Part shown: positions 1 to 13,098 of the stretch, piece by piece
Numbering within the stretch: position 1 is the first letter of the stretch
Layout: the number at the start of each line of letters is the position of its first letter
The notes under the pieces: model-generated
What the model saw: only the letters and a program-made list of their open reading frames with translations
Database searches by the model: none
What the model was told of the DNA's origin: nothing
Position numbers and translations under genes: made by a program
NCBI RefSeq assembly: GCF_025526975.1
Contig: NW_026515680.1
Coordinates: 372,001-436,000 of the forward strand
Direction of reading: 5' to 3'
Source: Fimicolochytrium jonesii
Lineage: Eukaryota
DNA: 64,000 nucleotides

Positions 1-81
1 ATCGTTTGGGTAAGTTTTGGATTTCTACGTACAATTCTGCTCTTTGTTTACCAAGCCTTTGACCGTTTCTGAAAATTTTAG

Positions 82-575
82 ACTACCAATTGATTCCTGT
101 CTTGCGAGTATTGCCAACCCACTATCCAACCCCATCGGTTCCATCGCAACCTGCGATAACCTCCACAAGTAATCCGCAACTTGCCACAGGTTCCCGCGCT
201 GGGTCTTCCATAACACGACCACGCTCCCCACCTCTCCCTCCCCTACCAACCACGCCATCCGCTAACCCAGGAAATCTGGTAGCGGACGCATTCACAACCA
301 CATCCAACCCTACATCCACGGCTACACAAGACCCATCGGCCATCCAAGCATCGAACGTCGTCGCCACAGGCCCGCTGCAAACAGTCCTGAAGCCCATCGG
401 AGCACAAGAGACGGGCTCGTACACCCTCCCGATCGTCGTGACAGGGACGGGCCGCGTGAGGTTCTTGTGGTGTGTGGAAGACGCGGGGTGGGGACTGCGG
501 GGCAAGGAGGTGGATGACCTGTCTGAGGATTGGGTGTGGTGGGGTGGGGAGGAGCTTGTCATTGAGGTTGAATGA
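82..575 (+). CDS. 3' terminal exon of a gene entering from the left; possibly TRAPP II subunit Trs120/TRAPPC9 C-terminal Ig-like region
   Basis: Acceptor-like TTTTAG ending at 81. The ORF has a P/T/S-rich insert followed by the beta-rich tail VVATGPLQTVLKPIGAQETGSYTLPIVVTGTGRVRFLWCVED...WWGGEELVIEVE*. The family guess is weak. Confidence 0.4.
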
Positions 576-1373
576 TATGCGACGACATGTATGTACCTAA
601 ACTGTATCCCATTCATTTTATTACGCCATTTCTTCTTCTGGGGGCTTCTCCGTGGGACATCTCCATGCCGGGCGGGGCTGCTGCTTTAGGCAGCTTGCGT
701 GATGATCATATTGGGAGGCAGGAAATGAAGGACGCGTCGACCAGGACGTCTCGGCTTGAGGAACTGCTCACTCTCGCAATTGCTGAGACAGCGAGCTCGG
801 TCCCTCAGACGGTCGATAATGTTTTCGATAAACATCCGATTTCGAGAACGATTCCAGTCATCACCGCATGCCCCTCGCTCAACCCACAGCATCATCCCTC
901 CCACCACCCCCGTCCTCCCGACTATTATGCGTCAAACTGAACAGACACGGCGAACAATCCAGCACATCCACCCGACACTCAGTCCCCTGGTATTCCCTCA
1001 ACAGCGTGGATGCCGCACGGACTGTCGGTAACGATCTACTCAAACATCATGTCAACTCTATCAGCACGTAAAGAGAAAAGTGGTGTAAGAGCAAGGGAAT
1101 TAAAACCGGATGTGACTGAAGAACACGCTGAGTGTGGTCATTCCGCGCGTAACCCACAACCCTAGCCCAGACTGTCGCCCACCAAACTCGCCAAACCCGC
1201 TTCGCGTTGTCACTAGTGCGGGGTCACGTGATCTGCTGCTCAAATTGAGCATTTTGAAATGTTTGTCACCACCCTGCGTGCGCATTCCATACTGTACCTG
1301 ATTCCATACCCGGCGCATCGGGCACTCAAAAGCATTCCATATTCGCAAGAGATAGTCGCATTGCCTCTCCGAT

Positions 1374-2510
1374 ATGTCAAAACGAAAAGCAGGCTCCGAC
1401 ATATCAACTCGGAAACCGGGCCAGGTCTCCAAGCTTCAAAGCATTCTCCCTCCATATACAAAAGTGCTTTCGACGGCCGTCGTAGCAAGCCTGTGGGCTG
1501 GTTACGGCACGATCTCTCGGATCACAGCCCAGGAAACGTCGTCGAAGCGGAAAGTGTCTTACATTCTGAAAACTGTGGAGGCCGATCGGGGTGACCCGAA
1601 GGACGAAGGTCACAATCGGAAAGTCACCTCGTATAAGGTTGAAGGGACGTTTTACGAGAAGGAGCAGTTTGCAAAGTCTCTGAAAAATAGCCTCGTCGGG
1701 GAGGTGCCTATCCCTGAGCCACTGGCTGTGCGTATGAGTAGTGGGGATCGGGACGGGTTCAGCTTGGGAATACTGATGTCGGACCTACACCCCGTGTATA
1801 GTCGCTCATCCTCCTCGCTCGATTTTGCGGACGCATGCTCGGCGTTGACTTGGCTGGCCCGGTTTCATGCCCATTTCTGGGGTTCTGAGCCTTCCCGTTC
1901 CCCCACCGACGCAAAAGGCACTCTATCGCCGTCAGGAATATGGAAAGAGGGCTCATATTGGCACCTGGGAACGAGAACGGCAGAGTTCGAGAGCATACCG
2001 CGTTCTAAACGGTGGGACCCGTTCAGGAGGCACGGTGGTACTATCGCCACAATGCTGGCTTCACGGATGCAGGAGGACGAAGTGGGTATGCGGTATCGGA
2101 CCGTTCTCCATGGCGATCCCAAAGCAGAAAACATCCTGTTTAAAGCCAAAGGCGCTGCGGAAGACGGAGGGCCAGGTTGTGCGTTTTACGACTTTCAATA
2201 TGCTGGGTATGGCGTGAGCGCCGTTGACGTGGCGTACTTTCTCGCGACAAGTGTGCACCCACGATTACTCAGCGAGACCTCCGAGTATGAGCTGTTGACT
2301 GTCTACAACACCGAAGTCCGCAGGTGTCTCCGACTCAGGGGACTACATGTTGATGCCGAGGACTTCACACTAAGTCGATTACAGATTGAGTTGGGTTGGG
2401 CTATCGTCGACTGGGTTCGCTTCATGGCCGGGTGGGGGACGTGGGGAAATTCTGATTGGGCTGAGAAAAAGGCGAGGTTGGCATTATCCCGGATGGGTAT
2501 GAACGACTAG
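1374..2510 (+). CDS. Ecdysteroid-kinase-like (EcKL)/APH-choline-kinase superfamily phosphotransferase, intronless
   Basis: 378-aa ORF with Brenner-type motif VLHGDPKAENILF, metal-binding YDFQYAG..DVAYFL, WLARFHAHFW and SLWAGYG. Confidence 0.85.
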   Translation: MSKRKAGSDISTRKPGQVSKLQSILPPYTKVLSTAVVASLWAGYGTISRITAQETSSKRKVSYILKTVEADRGDPKDEGHNRKVTSYKVEGTFYEKEQFAKSLKNSLVGEVPIPEPLAVRMSSGDRDGFSLGILMSDLHPVYSRSSSSLDFADACSALTWLARFHAHFWGSEPSRSPTDAKGTLSPSGIWKEGSYWHLGTRTAEFESIPRSKRWDPFRRHGGTIATMLASRMQEDEVGMRYRTVLHGDPKAENILFKAKGAAEDGGPGCAFYDFQYAGYGVSAVDVAYFLATSVHPRLLSETSEYELLTVYNTEVRRCLRLRGLHVDAEDFTLSRLQIELGWAIVDWVRFMAGWGTWGNSDWAEKKARLALSRMGMND

Positions 2511-2981
2511 GTATCAAGGAAGGTGATTCGAGAGACGATCGCGGTCACGACGCGGTGACGAGTTCACCGGCAACATTATAGGGGAACCTGAGCCGTCTGA
2601 AACAGGAAGAACCTGGCGAGGCAAGCATACCGATAGCTTTCCATACCAACTATATGATTGAATGTTGGGGTTTGGATCCTTGCGTGCTGTTTGTGCCGTC
2701 GTTGCGACTGGCATCGCAGTATCGTTCGAGGGTTTAGGTTTCTACATGTTTCAAAGTTGTGCGACGGCGTATTCAAAACCCGGCCGCCCGTCATACCAAA
2801 TTCATGGCGCGCTCCAAGGCTGTTTACGGGTTTCTCAAAGTATAGTTAAAGCTCCATAAATACAGAAACCGGCGACGAACGCATAACATTCCGATCTGAG
2901 GAAGTGGTTATGGGGCCGTGCTCCTAAACGTGTCAGCATGGGAGAGTGAAGGGGGACAGCGCCTGACCGGAGAATGATGGC

Positions 2982-4023
2982 TCAGCGCTGACCAGATTTC
3001 TCCAATCTCTGAAAAACTCACAATGTCAGAACAGATGCCAGACCCATAGCGAACGGCACCAATCCACTCACCTCAATCTCGAGCACCGCCTGTCTAGACA
3101 GCTCCTCCAACCTATCAAATGGATTCTCCGGCTTTGGTGACGGCGAAACTGGCGCAGCCACTGTCCTGACTTGCGGCGATGGTAAACCCGTCATTCGTCT
3201 GACGGTCATTCTTCCCAATGGGTCAATCTCCGCCTTGATGTAGCTGGATCGCGTGGACTGAAGCGACGGCGGGGTGACGATGCGGGTGGCGGGAAGTGCG
3301 AAACTTGATGTTACGCCCAGGAATGGTGTCTGGGACGCCAGGCGTTTTTCTACAATTTGCGGGGTGAGGTGAGGGTTGGATGTTACGGGGGGCGTTGGGG
3401 GTGCCGGGGTCTGGTGTTTGGGTGTAGATGGGCGGGTGTCGATTTTCAGAGCGGAAGGTGCAATTTGAGACGATGTTGGGTACTTTTTCCGATTGGCGAC
3501 TAGCGCTTCATCTACCGCTGCTTTGAAAAGGCGGGATTTGCATTTGGAACAGAGAGCGATCAAATTGGGTTCGAAAGCGACGATGCTGGAGGATGTGACG
3601 TAGGCGCTATTCTCGAAAGGGTCGAATACAGTCAGGAGGCGTGCGAGATGGGAGGTTGTAACTTTTCTGTGAACGACATACCAGTCGTACTTTCCAAACA
3701 GTTGCACCAAAGTCGCATCGTTATCTCGCTTTTCAGGGTTGAGAGTCGATATGATAGTGAAGCGATCCAGGACCTACGAAGAAGGAGGGATATAAATATT
3801 TACATCGGGAACTGTGGTCCAACGAACACAATCCGTTCGAAATCTACCTGCGCCGGCCAAAACGGTTTGCCGTCAGCGACCTTCACCCACACAAGCTCCC
3901 CTGGCCCATAATTTACACTGGCACCTTCTGCAGGAGCCGCCGTGGCTTCGGCCCGATGCGGCCCAAATATGTTAGCGACCATATGTGCAGTATTCACCCG
4001 GCATTGTATGGACTCGGCTTGCA
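2982..4023 (-). CDS. PWWP-domain protein (spliced, ~4 exons)
   Basis: YGPGELVWVKVADGKPFWPAQ is followed by a GT donor at ~3848. Later exons give LVQLFGKYD/AYVTSSSIVAFEP. The last intron (GTGAGT ~3070 to TTTTCAG ~3011) yields RLEKSGQR* ending at 2982. Start ATG uncertain. Confidence 0.75.
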
Positions 4024-4560
4024 TTTTTGGTAACCCGCTAGGGCGCTGGCGTGGTGCTCGCATTTGGTCCTTGTCCATTGCGAGAGGTCACCCGGAGCGA
4101 GAAGCGAGGGCATGGAGGGTGTATGCTACTTTTTATACCCGTCGTAGCTACGGGTCAATTGACAGTTTTTTGGCGTGGTAAAAAAGCCTAATTTCCATCG
4201 AACTCCGATCAATTCTGACAGATTGAATACCCCGCAAAACGGCCAGATTCTCCCAGGTCGCCCAGGAGTTCGCAATTGACAGCATCCGCGCTGTTGAAAT
4301 CTGTCAGATCGGAGATTGAAAAATGGACTAATGGACTAACATTCCCTGGGCAATATAGGTGAGATTCTGAGTTACTCGGGAAATTGCGCTGGCCCACCTT
4401 CTGGGCCCGACCAGGGAAAGCAAAATGCTACGGTTCACAAGGTACAACATGTTGGCCCAGTGGGGCTCAGTTACCCCCACTGCGCTGCTCAAACCCTCGA
4501 GCGCATTCGGCGCATTCGCGCAATCAAACTTCGGTCAGTGAGGTGATGAAACAGACCTAA

Positions 4561-6414
4561 CTACTCTGCACTATCAGTATTCAACATCAACGCAACGTAA
4601 AAATCAATCATCTTGTCTACGAGCGTGAGTGATTCAATGATCAGCAGTTACTCCGGGTATCGTGCCGGTGAGAGAACTTACTGAAATCCTTGACAGCAAT
4701 CCGTTCATTCCTTCCGTGGATCCTTTCAACGTCCTCGGGGTAGAGTGTCACGGGTTGAAAGCGATAGATGTGGTCCGCAATCGATCTGTAGGACGCGCTG
4801 TCCGTTCGTCCCATCAACAACGATGGCGCGACCAGAATCTCCTGAGGTTCCTTGTCTTTCGCGCCCTTATGCTCCGCAAAAACATGCCTGATGGTACCAG
4901 CCAAGATATTGAAGGCAGAAGATGTGGATGACGAAACCGCGCTAGGGTTCGTATCTTCAGACCTTAGCCGCATCGAAATGGTGAGCGGCTCATCGCTACT
5001 TTCCGGAGAGGCGACTGGCACAGCATTGATGAGTTTGCTGACTTTACGAAGCACATCCTCAGCGGTTTCCCCGGGACGAATGCGCGCATTCACGGTAGCT
5101 TGAGCCACCGTCGGCAGAACATTGTGCGCAATGCCGCCCTTGACGACCGTCGTGGCCAGGGTGGTACGCGTCATGGCCGCTAATCCAGGAATGGATTTCA
5201 CTGGAACCCACGGAAGAACCAGATTCACCGCCCAAGGGTTCCGCATCAAAAGACGAAACCAGAAAGATGGATGCTCAGCGGCCAAGGCGGCCAGCATATC
5301 GCGGACGGGTCCATCCGATATCGAGACTTTCGAGCGGAACCTGGAAATGCGATGTAGCGCAGTCGATAAAAGATGGATAGCGTTCGGCGAAAATGGCATC
5401 GAGCCGTGCCCACCAGGCGATTTCGCACTGAATGAAAATGTCAGCATCCGCCAAACCCCGTGGTTCATGAAGAGGGGTTCCCTTACGTGATGACTAGATC
5501 CAAGTATCCCTTTTCGGCTACTCCAATCCAAGCTGCAGCCATATGTTGGTCATTCGAGATACGCATTGGCATTCGGACTAGAAATTTTCACTCACCTATA
5601 GGGCGTTTGATCCCAGGAAACTGCCCATATGCGATAGGCAGCCCTTCGTCCAAGACAAAATCAAAGCGCAGCTTCCTCTTTTTCAGCACCTTCGCGATTG
5701 CAAATGCACCTTCAATGCGCTCCCGCTTCAGTTGATGCGATCACGTTGCACATGACTCTAACTTGGAAGGCAATCACCTTCACCATTCGTTTCTCTAATT
5801 GAAGGCGAAGGTGAAGGTGAGTTAGCTTCGGCAGGAAACACACCAAGGGTCGTGATGCGTTCTACTTACTCATCATGGCCAAGGGCAAAGTAATAGCTTC
5901 GCTTTGGCTTATGCCCGGCTTGGATCAGGGTTTCCACGGCTATCAGCTCCGCAATCAATATGCCCTTCATGTCCAAGGTTCCTCTCCCATACACGAAACC
6001 ATCTGCCACCGCCCCAGAGAACGGCGGCTGGTCCCATTGGTCGGCATCGCTGACCGGAACCACATCCTGATGCGCGGAGAAAAGTACTGGCGCAGCCTTC
6101 TTTGAGCCTTTCCATGTCAAAAGCAGGCTGTACTTGTCGATGGTCTCCCAGGAAAAAGAGTTTCGAACAAGAGGAAAACTCTCTTCCAAGAAGCGATGGA
6201 ATTCCAGGAACCGCCCTTCGTCGGAAGAAACCGTTGGAATGCGTACGGCCTTGATTAGCGTTTCCTGCGCAAAGGTGTAGTTCACTTTCACTTTGTCAAA
6301 CGCCGGAGGGGCAAGAGGGTTTGGCTGCAAGGAAGTTCCGACGGCTCCCGTGCGATAGACGGCTCGGATAGCCAGAGCTATGATGCCCACAACAAGGGTG
6401 GGTGCCGGCAACAT
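4561..6414 (-). CDS. M20 family metallopeptidase/amidohydrolase (PM20D1 / Gly-Xaa carboxypeptidase Cps1-like), spliced
   Basis: N-terminal hydrophobic anchor, AHQDVVPV, YGRGTLDMKG, GHDE, FVLDEG, GGHGSMP, NVLP, TDS..Y, IHGRNERI. The last exon NKMIDFYVALMLNTDSAE* ends at 4561. Confidence 0.9.
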
Positions 6415-6664
6415 CTTCGCCTTTACTAGTCAGGTTGCGAACGTGTTTAGTCAGAAACTTAGGCAGGTCGCAATGTTGTGTTCTAAAAAGCCGTTTCTGG
6501 GTGTTCCGCCCAAAAAGTTGAACCATCACGCGGTCCCGTGTCCGAACGTGTCCGGGCAGTAACCATCTCGTCTCATCTCGTAGCCCAAGGGCAAGAGAAG
6601 GGCAGTATCCTCGGGAAACGACAACGTGGGCTCACTTGGGGACACATCCACCAGGCGCTCAGCA

Positions 6665-7627
6665 ATGGCACACGACGTATGTGAGTGAGTCTTCCTCCGG
6701 CCTTTTCGTGCTCTTCCAAATGATTGCTTCCTTGAATAACAGTCGCCCTTACGACGACCGCCAGCCTCTGACCTCGAAGACGACAAGGTAGACAACGACT
6801 ACCTTTTCGCTTCAAGTTGTGGGTTTCTGGACTCGTTCTTGGATTCAGAGGCCGGCCTATCTGCCCTTACGTCTACCGAGTTCGAGCTGGGTAGAGACGG
6901 TCTTTGTGACTTGTTCCGGGATGATAACAGGAATGATCGACGGTCTCTGAAGTACGTGTGCGATTGGATGCCACCGCCAATGTTCTCTTTTGAGGAGGTC
7001 CATACTTTTGTAGACGATCAGCCGATTGATCAATTGCTGCAGTTCAGGGGCAACGCAAAGACTGCAAGTGCAGATCAAACAGCATCAGCGGACATTGGGG
7101 GATCTGTATGAGGAGCTGGGAGTTCTGATCAAAGCCGTAGGTTCATGTCCGACTGAGATCGAGAGGAATCCATATGCCAATTCTTCCGGATTTGCAACAT
7201 AGCATGCGAGGGATGTGTACACACCAGAAGATGCAGCGATAGTTGGCGATCTTTGCGGACAAGTGAACAGAAACATCCAAAGTATTGAGGGGTCCTTTGA
7301 CGACGCCGGGTTTGGGAGCGCCATCACCCACGAAGGATTTGCTGGACCGTCTGGTATGAAATAATGCTGTTCTTCAGCTTGCGGGTAGAAACCCTACGGT
7401 CTACATTTCCTGATCTAAGCACCACTCAGGACTCGGCGAAACGGTCCTGGATGCTGTTGAGCGATATGAATCTTTGCGCAAGGTATGCGTGGTTGTCGGG
7501 ACTCCTTGTCGCTGGTATGTCAGGAATTTGGCTGACGCGTACCTGGGCTCTGCAGATGTTATCCCAGTTCCAAAAGATCCAGCAGGCAAACAAAGGGACG
7601 CTGGATGTGCTGGGACAAAGAACGTGA
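6665..7627 (+). CDS. Small multi-exon hypothetical protein, probably helical/coiled-coil
   Basis: Manual splicing with GT-AG introns gives MAHD|SPLRRP...RRSLKY|TISRLIN...GVLIKA|HARDV...GPS|GLGETVLDAVERYESLRK|MLSQFQKIQQANKGTLDVLGQRT*. No family recognised. Confidence 0.5.
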
Positions 7628-7864
7628 ACCGAGGCAGACATTCAGAGACCTATTTTTTTTTTTTTGGAAAATTGCACTGTGAGCAATGTAGCCCCGTTCC
7701 TGTCATCAGGACGTCGCTTGAGGAGTTGTAGAACGCGAGCTTCGCCCGAGGCAGCAAAGCGTTTTTCGTAAGGATTACCGGACAGATGTGATGTGTATAT
7801 ACAGATATGCAGACTATATAAATACGCGAGAATCAGAGTTATGTCGTGATGTGGCCGCAGCGAT

Positions 7865-10800
7865 TTACGGCAAATGCATATTGCCTTGGGGATCGTTTGA
7901 ACAAGAAGATGCTCGCGATGTCTTTGTTCTGCCAACTCTGGCGGACGCGGTGAGTCTCAAGGGGCGGGCGGGTAGAGGTGCGCCACCCAAGCCGCCCATG
8001 GAGTCTTGGAACACGATTGACGAGGATGATGCGATTGACGCAACTGGGTCGGTGCCAGCGAGCGCTGATATCCCCTCAGGGGCATTAGAGTTCTCGCCTC
8101 TGGTGGTCCAAGGTGGAGGAACGTCCAAGAGGGATCGCAAAGCACGGCAGAAGTCCACACCCGTCTGCTGCAAGTCGGTGATCTGAAACTGCATACCCTA
8201 GGGAAAGTTCGACGAATGAGATCATAGATGCCCGAATGTCGGTCAGCTCGACCTGAAGTAGAGCCTACCTTCTTCTCGCCAAAATCTGCTCCACAGTAGC
8301 TACTCTCTAGTGTAAATGAATTGACGATACCGAGCTCGCGCCGCAATATCACTCTTGCCGTCGTTTCCTTCGACGGGAGGATGTCAAACCGGCAAGCAGA
8401 CAGCAAAAATGTGGGCGACACCTGCGCCAGGAGAGCTGGGAATGTTCGCTCCAACGTCTCATGTGGTGACCCGGGCGTGTTCTCGCAACCGAATATGAAA
8501 ACATTCTTGCGGCGGGAGTGTCCGTGGAAGTCGCAGGTGAGCTACGATAGAAGCGGGGGTTAGGATACCCACGCAATCGTTTTTTGTATGTATAGATCCC
8601 CTAACACTTACCAGAACCTTATTCCCATGATCAATTATATAGCTCCACAACCGTTTGATCCACCACACGGTAGGTGTTCGTTTCCGATGGGGATGACGCC
8701 ACTGGCGATTGAGATCGACTCCAGCCAGTGAGCAACGATGCGAACCGTTCACAACCCCGTCAGGGTTGAGCATCGGTACGATTTTGAAAACATAGCGATG
8801 TCGTAGCGTTGTCGCGGTTTCGTCGTTGCTTGTCAGGAGATACACGAGAAGGCCGTGCATGGTGTGCGAGGAGTTTGATTCGCCCGGATGAACCTGAGAA
8901 TAGTAACAACTGTTTAATCTTTGCCCAAGATCCTCCCATAGACTACATTCACTTACCCTTGCACTCAACAAAATGTACATTCTTTCGGCGATAGGTAGTA
9001 TGGACGTAGACGACGGTGTGAAATCCGTAATTGTGAGAAGCACGCACTCGTTTCCACCGAGAGTAGAGCAAAGAGGTTGCCGCCGGCAGCGGTCATTGAA
9101 CGTAGGGGCGAGCTGGAATTGAAATAGATGGCGCTGGAGCGAAAAGTTAGGGGTAAAGCTTTCGTAGGATCTGATATCAGTTGAATTGTTACCTGCAGAT
9201 CCGAGAAAGTGTATGGATAGTGGTAGGCAATGGCACAAGTATCTCCTTCAGTTTCGAAGGTGATTGAAAATGTTAGCGTAGCATAAGTGCCGCCAGCTGG
9301 ATCAGTCACGCCGGCATCTTGCGGTTTCCAGTAATGATTTCTTTGCAGAAACAACGGATGGTCAGAATAACTCTATCGTAAGATAACCGAGGGAAGGTGG
9401 GCAACTTACTTGTAGTAGTATATTCCGTCGCCAATACGTCGCCAATGCCCGTCTTTCCTCGAGTACATGACAGGCTGCATCCCTTGCGAAGAGAAAAACG
9501 CACTGCATTTGAGCTGGACTGTTCGATAAATTGGACGGAGCCAGAATGTCCATTTTACCTTGATTGAACTGACTACCCGATTTGCTGAGATTGACGATGT
9601 TGAACTTGTACGGAATGCCTGGCTTCATGCGAGACACAGCGAAATAGAACCACTGTCACCAAGGTTTGGTCAGTATAGTACAGATGATGAATAAGACGAC
9701 ATGATGTACCTGATTGTGCTTGCCCATCGAGCTGTTGATATCAGTTTGCAGTATGAGGTCGTACTCGAAGTCCGATATCTGGCATGGCATAAAGAGGGAG
9801 AGAATGCAATGTGAGACTCTCTCGAAAGCTTTCGGGTCACATTTAAAGGGGCATACCATGAGAGCTAATTGCAGGTTTCCACTTTCGAAGCGCGAGTCGA
9901 ACTGAAGACTTCTGCAAAGTTGATGAGGACGAAGCTTCAAGAATTTCTGCTCATCTAACGCAACGTACCCCTCCACAGCTTCACTGCCAATGGACTCATC
10001 CATAACATCGTAGACAAGCTTGTTCACGTGCTCCGCCGGCCGCACTACTCTCCGCATCTGCTCGTAAACCAGCTTTCGCACAAGACCCGTATGTCGCTTG
10101 ACCGTGAGTTCAGGGGCGTCTATGCATTTATGTGCCAGAACGCCATATGCCCTCCGTGGAGTGATGGGCTGAACATGTCGCACTTCAATGTTCGTGATAG
10201 GCAGCGCAGGTTGATGTGAGAATGGGTTTTGACCGGTAACTTCGAGATCGTCTCCTGTATATGGATCTCTCTGAGCCTTCCCATTCGCTGGATCTTCTTC
10301 CGATGCTACCCCGATGTCAAGTTCGGGACACCGACTTCGCAGTTGTACTTTCATGTCAAGATCATCTTCTTTGTCTGTCAGCTCCATATCACTTTCCTCT
10401 GCGATGCTCTCGGCAATGCTGCTAGGCTCATTCTTCTTTTCCGTCGATGGGATTCCAAGTTTCACATTCTCCGAAACAGTTCGTACACCAAGTTTGATGA
10501 CAACCTCCTCATCGTCGGATTCAACACCATCATCTGGATCGTCAGGTCCCCCATCCTCTTCTACAGATGGCAGAGGAAAACTCAGCATTTGGTATCTGTT
10601 CAGGAAAGGCAAGTCGGTTTGCGATACAGCCGACCGAAGAACCGCTACGAGTAGCGTCGGAATGGCGGTTGTGCTGCTACTGTTGGACGAGGTCACTGGC
10701 ATGCCGTTTGGGTGAGTTCCGGCTTCACTTGCTTGTACAACTTCATCCAGAGCCGATGTCAAGAACTCGACGCCATTGTGCTCATTGAACAACTTCTTGC

Positions 10801-12745
10801 CTTCCTCGGTCTCGACAACCGTTTTCAATAACTTCAACACAGACTTCTGAAGTGCTTCGATGGCGGTGTTTCGGAAGAGCGCTATGAGTTCCCGAACCTG
10901 GAATTTGGCCAGCAACTCTGCAGCGCCATGCTTCATTTTCGTCAGCAAAGTCATCAGGTCAAGGACGCATTCCAACGACGCCGAGTTTTGAGCCAGCATA
11001 GGAGCCGATATTGGGTTCTTCAGCATCGAAGCAAGCAAGTCAAGAGTTCTCCCTTTGTGGATCGTGATGACGTTATTGTCGTTCTTCGTCGCGAATGCCC
11101 GCAACGCTTGCAGGCCCGTGATGACGAGAGCGTATTCTTTGCGCTCATTCCACTTCTTCACCATAATGATCGTGGGAGCGACGGCTCCGTGCAGTCTAGC
11201 TAGAAGCGATAGCTTCGGGTCATATTTCGCCACTCGAGTCAGCAACGAGAAAACGTTTGCCATCAGCTCGTCGACCCTTGAGACGGCGTTCGGTACGGCA
11301 CCAAAGAGAACCGAACCGTCTGCCTTCAAATACTCCCGGAAAACATTCTGAATGCACTTCAAAAGGGCAACGGAGATGTTTTTCCGAGCTGCATTGGCGG
11401 TATTGGACGCGCTCAGATCGCTGTTGCTGGATGTAAGACGTATAAGCATATTTGTGATGGTAATGGTGATGTCTAGATCCGGAAGCACCTACAGGGTACG
11501 GATTACTCATAGTCCTCAGCCTTTCAATGCTGCATGCTCACTTACCCTAAGGCATTTGATGAGCACGCTGATGTTTGGAGTCGCTTTGGAGAATAGTGTT
11601 CGCTGAATACTGGATTCTATGCAAACTCAGCGAGTTAGCTTTTGTCAACCCATCACATTGACCTTGGGAATGAGCTGTTTACCCGCATGAATACCCTCTT
11701 TGTCGATGATTCTTTTGAGGGCCAAGCATTGTCGAGCTATGATGTTGCGTGCGTCTGCGCTAAGAGGAGGAGTAGTCGGAGCGCTTCGAGAGAAAGCTTC
11801 CAGGGGTATTGATCTCGGCAGACTTCCTCCAGCCGCGGCATTGGACGGCAGAGGTTCAATAAATTCATCCATTTCTATCAGCTCATCTCGAAGTGACGAT
11901 TGGCGTCGCCTCGCATTAGGGAACTTCGGTGACGGGTTTGCTTTCGAAAGGTCCGGGAGGCTACTATCGCTATGTCCTCTCCTGCTCTCCATGCTGTGCT
12001 TGCTAGCGGGTGGGAGCTTTGCGTGGTGATTTGGGATACTTCCCGTACTTCTGGCCTTTCGGCCATGCTTCAAGGATTTGGTAGAAGTGATGTGTTTGTG
12101 CTTAGCAGCAGAATGATGGGTTAGGGAAGGTGACGACGACGATGACGAACAAGACGGCGGCGCTGAGGCCGCGTCTTTGCGGCGAGATACCGAGACAGAT
12201 CGCACCGTTATGGATGCAGAGGGCTGGCGAGGAGGTAGTCTAGATGCTGGTTGCTGAAGCTGAAGAGTCCCTCCCGTGGCAGATATGGCAGCCGCGGTGG
12301 CATTGATAGTATTCGTGTCGGCCCAAGGGTTGATTAACAATTCTCCTATTTTTTCGAGAATGCGAAGCGCTATAGCAGATGATGGCGGCATTGGGCCACC
12401 TAGGTTCACCGAAGAACTCTCGCGACTCTTGCTGCTAATATGTAGAAAGATTAATTCCGGTTTTCATGTTACATATCCATTTGCAAGACACCGGACGTAC
12501 ATCTTCGGGAGGTTCGCTTTCACGACGCATTCCGTTAGGTCTGGGAGCGATGAAAAGACTTTCTGGGCGGACATTTGTTTGGATTGCCGGGAAGCGTCAT
12601 CCGGCGTCAACCCGGCTTCCCCGCTGCTCTTAGTTTTGGCACCTTTCCGCTTTCCAGTTCTCCTGACCAGTTTTCTTGTCACTTCCGTCGGCGATGTGGC
12701 AGAGGACTTTCCCGATGACTTTGTGGAAGCCTGCTTGCGAGACAT
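7865..12745 (-). CDS. AGTPBP1: Cytosolic carboxypeptidase of the M14D Nna1/CCP1-type (tubulin deglutamylase) with N-terminal ARM-like region, multi-exon
   Basis: FDSRFESGNL, QWFYF, YKFNIVNL.K, HYPYTFSDL, ARVHPGESNSS, FKIVPMLNPDGVVNG.HRCSLAGVDLNRQW, DFHGHSRRKN, FTLESSYCG. A helical N-terminal domain and acidic linker are present as in CCP1/4. Start uncertain. Confidence 0.88.
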
Positions 12746-13098
12746 ATCGAAGGTGACCGATGGTCAGAGGGTATATGTTGCACCACCCCTCTATGCATAT
12801 CTATAGTAGATCGCAGTGGAAGAGGTTTGCGGGCAATGACGAAGCATGGGCAATTGCGATTTCGACAGCGCGTTCTTGCCCGTCAAAACCGGGGAAACAC
12901 ATCGGGTCAACCGGCATTGGAACATGTAAACATTTTCGCAGGTGGACGGTTTGGATGAAACGATATATTCAGCTTCTATGGTCCAGCATATGGTCTATAC
13001 AATACATCAGGTATATGTGCTATCTCGTCCTGCTCAGCCGTCACGCGCAACAGAGATGCGCAAACTGTAAACTAATCTGAAACCTGCGCCGGACTCGC

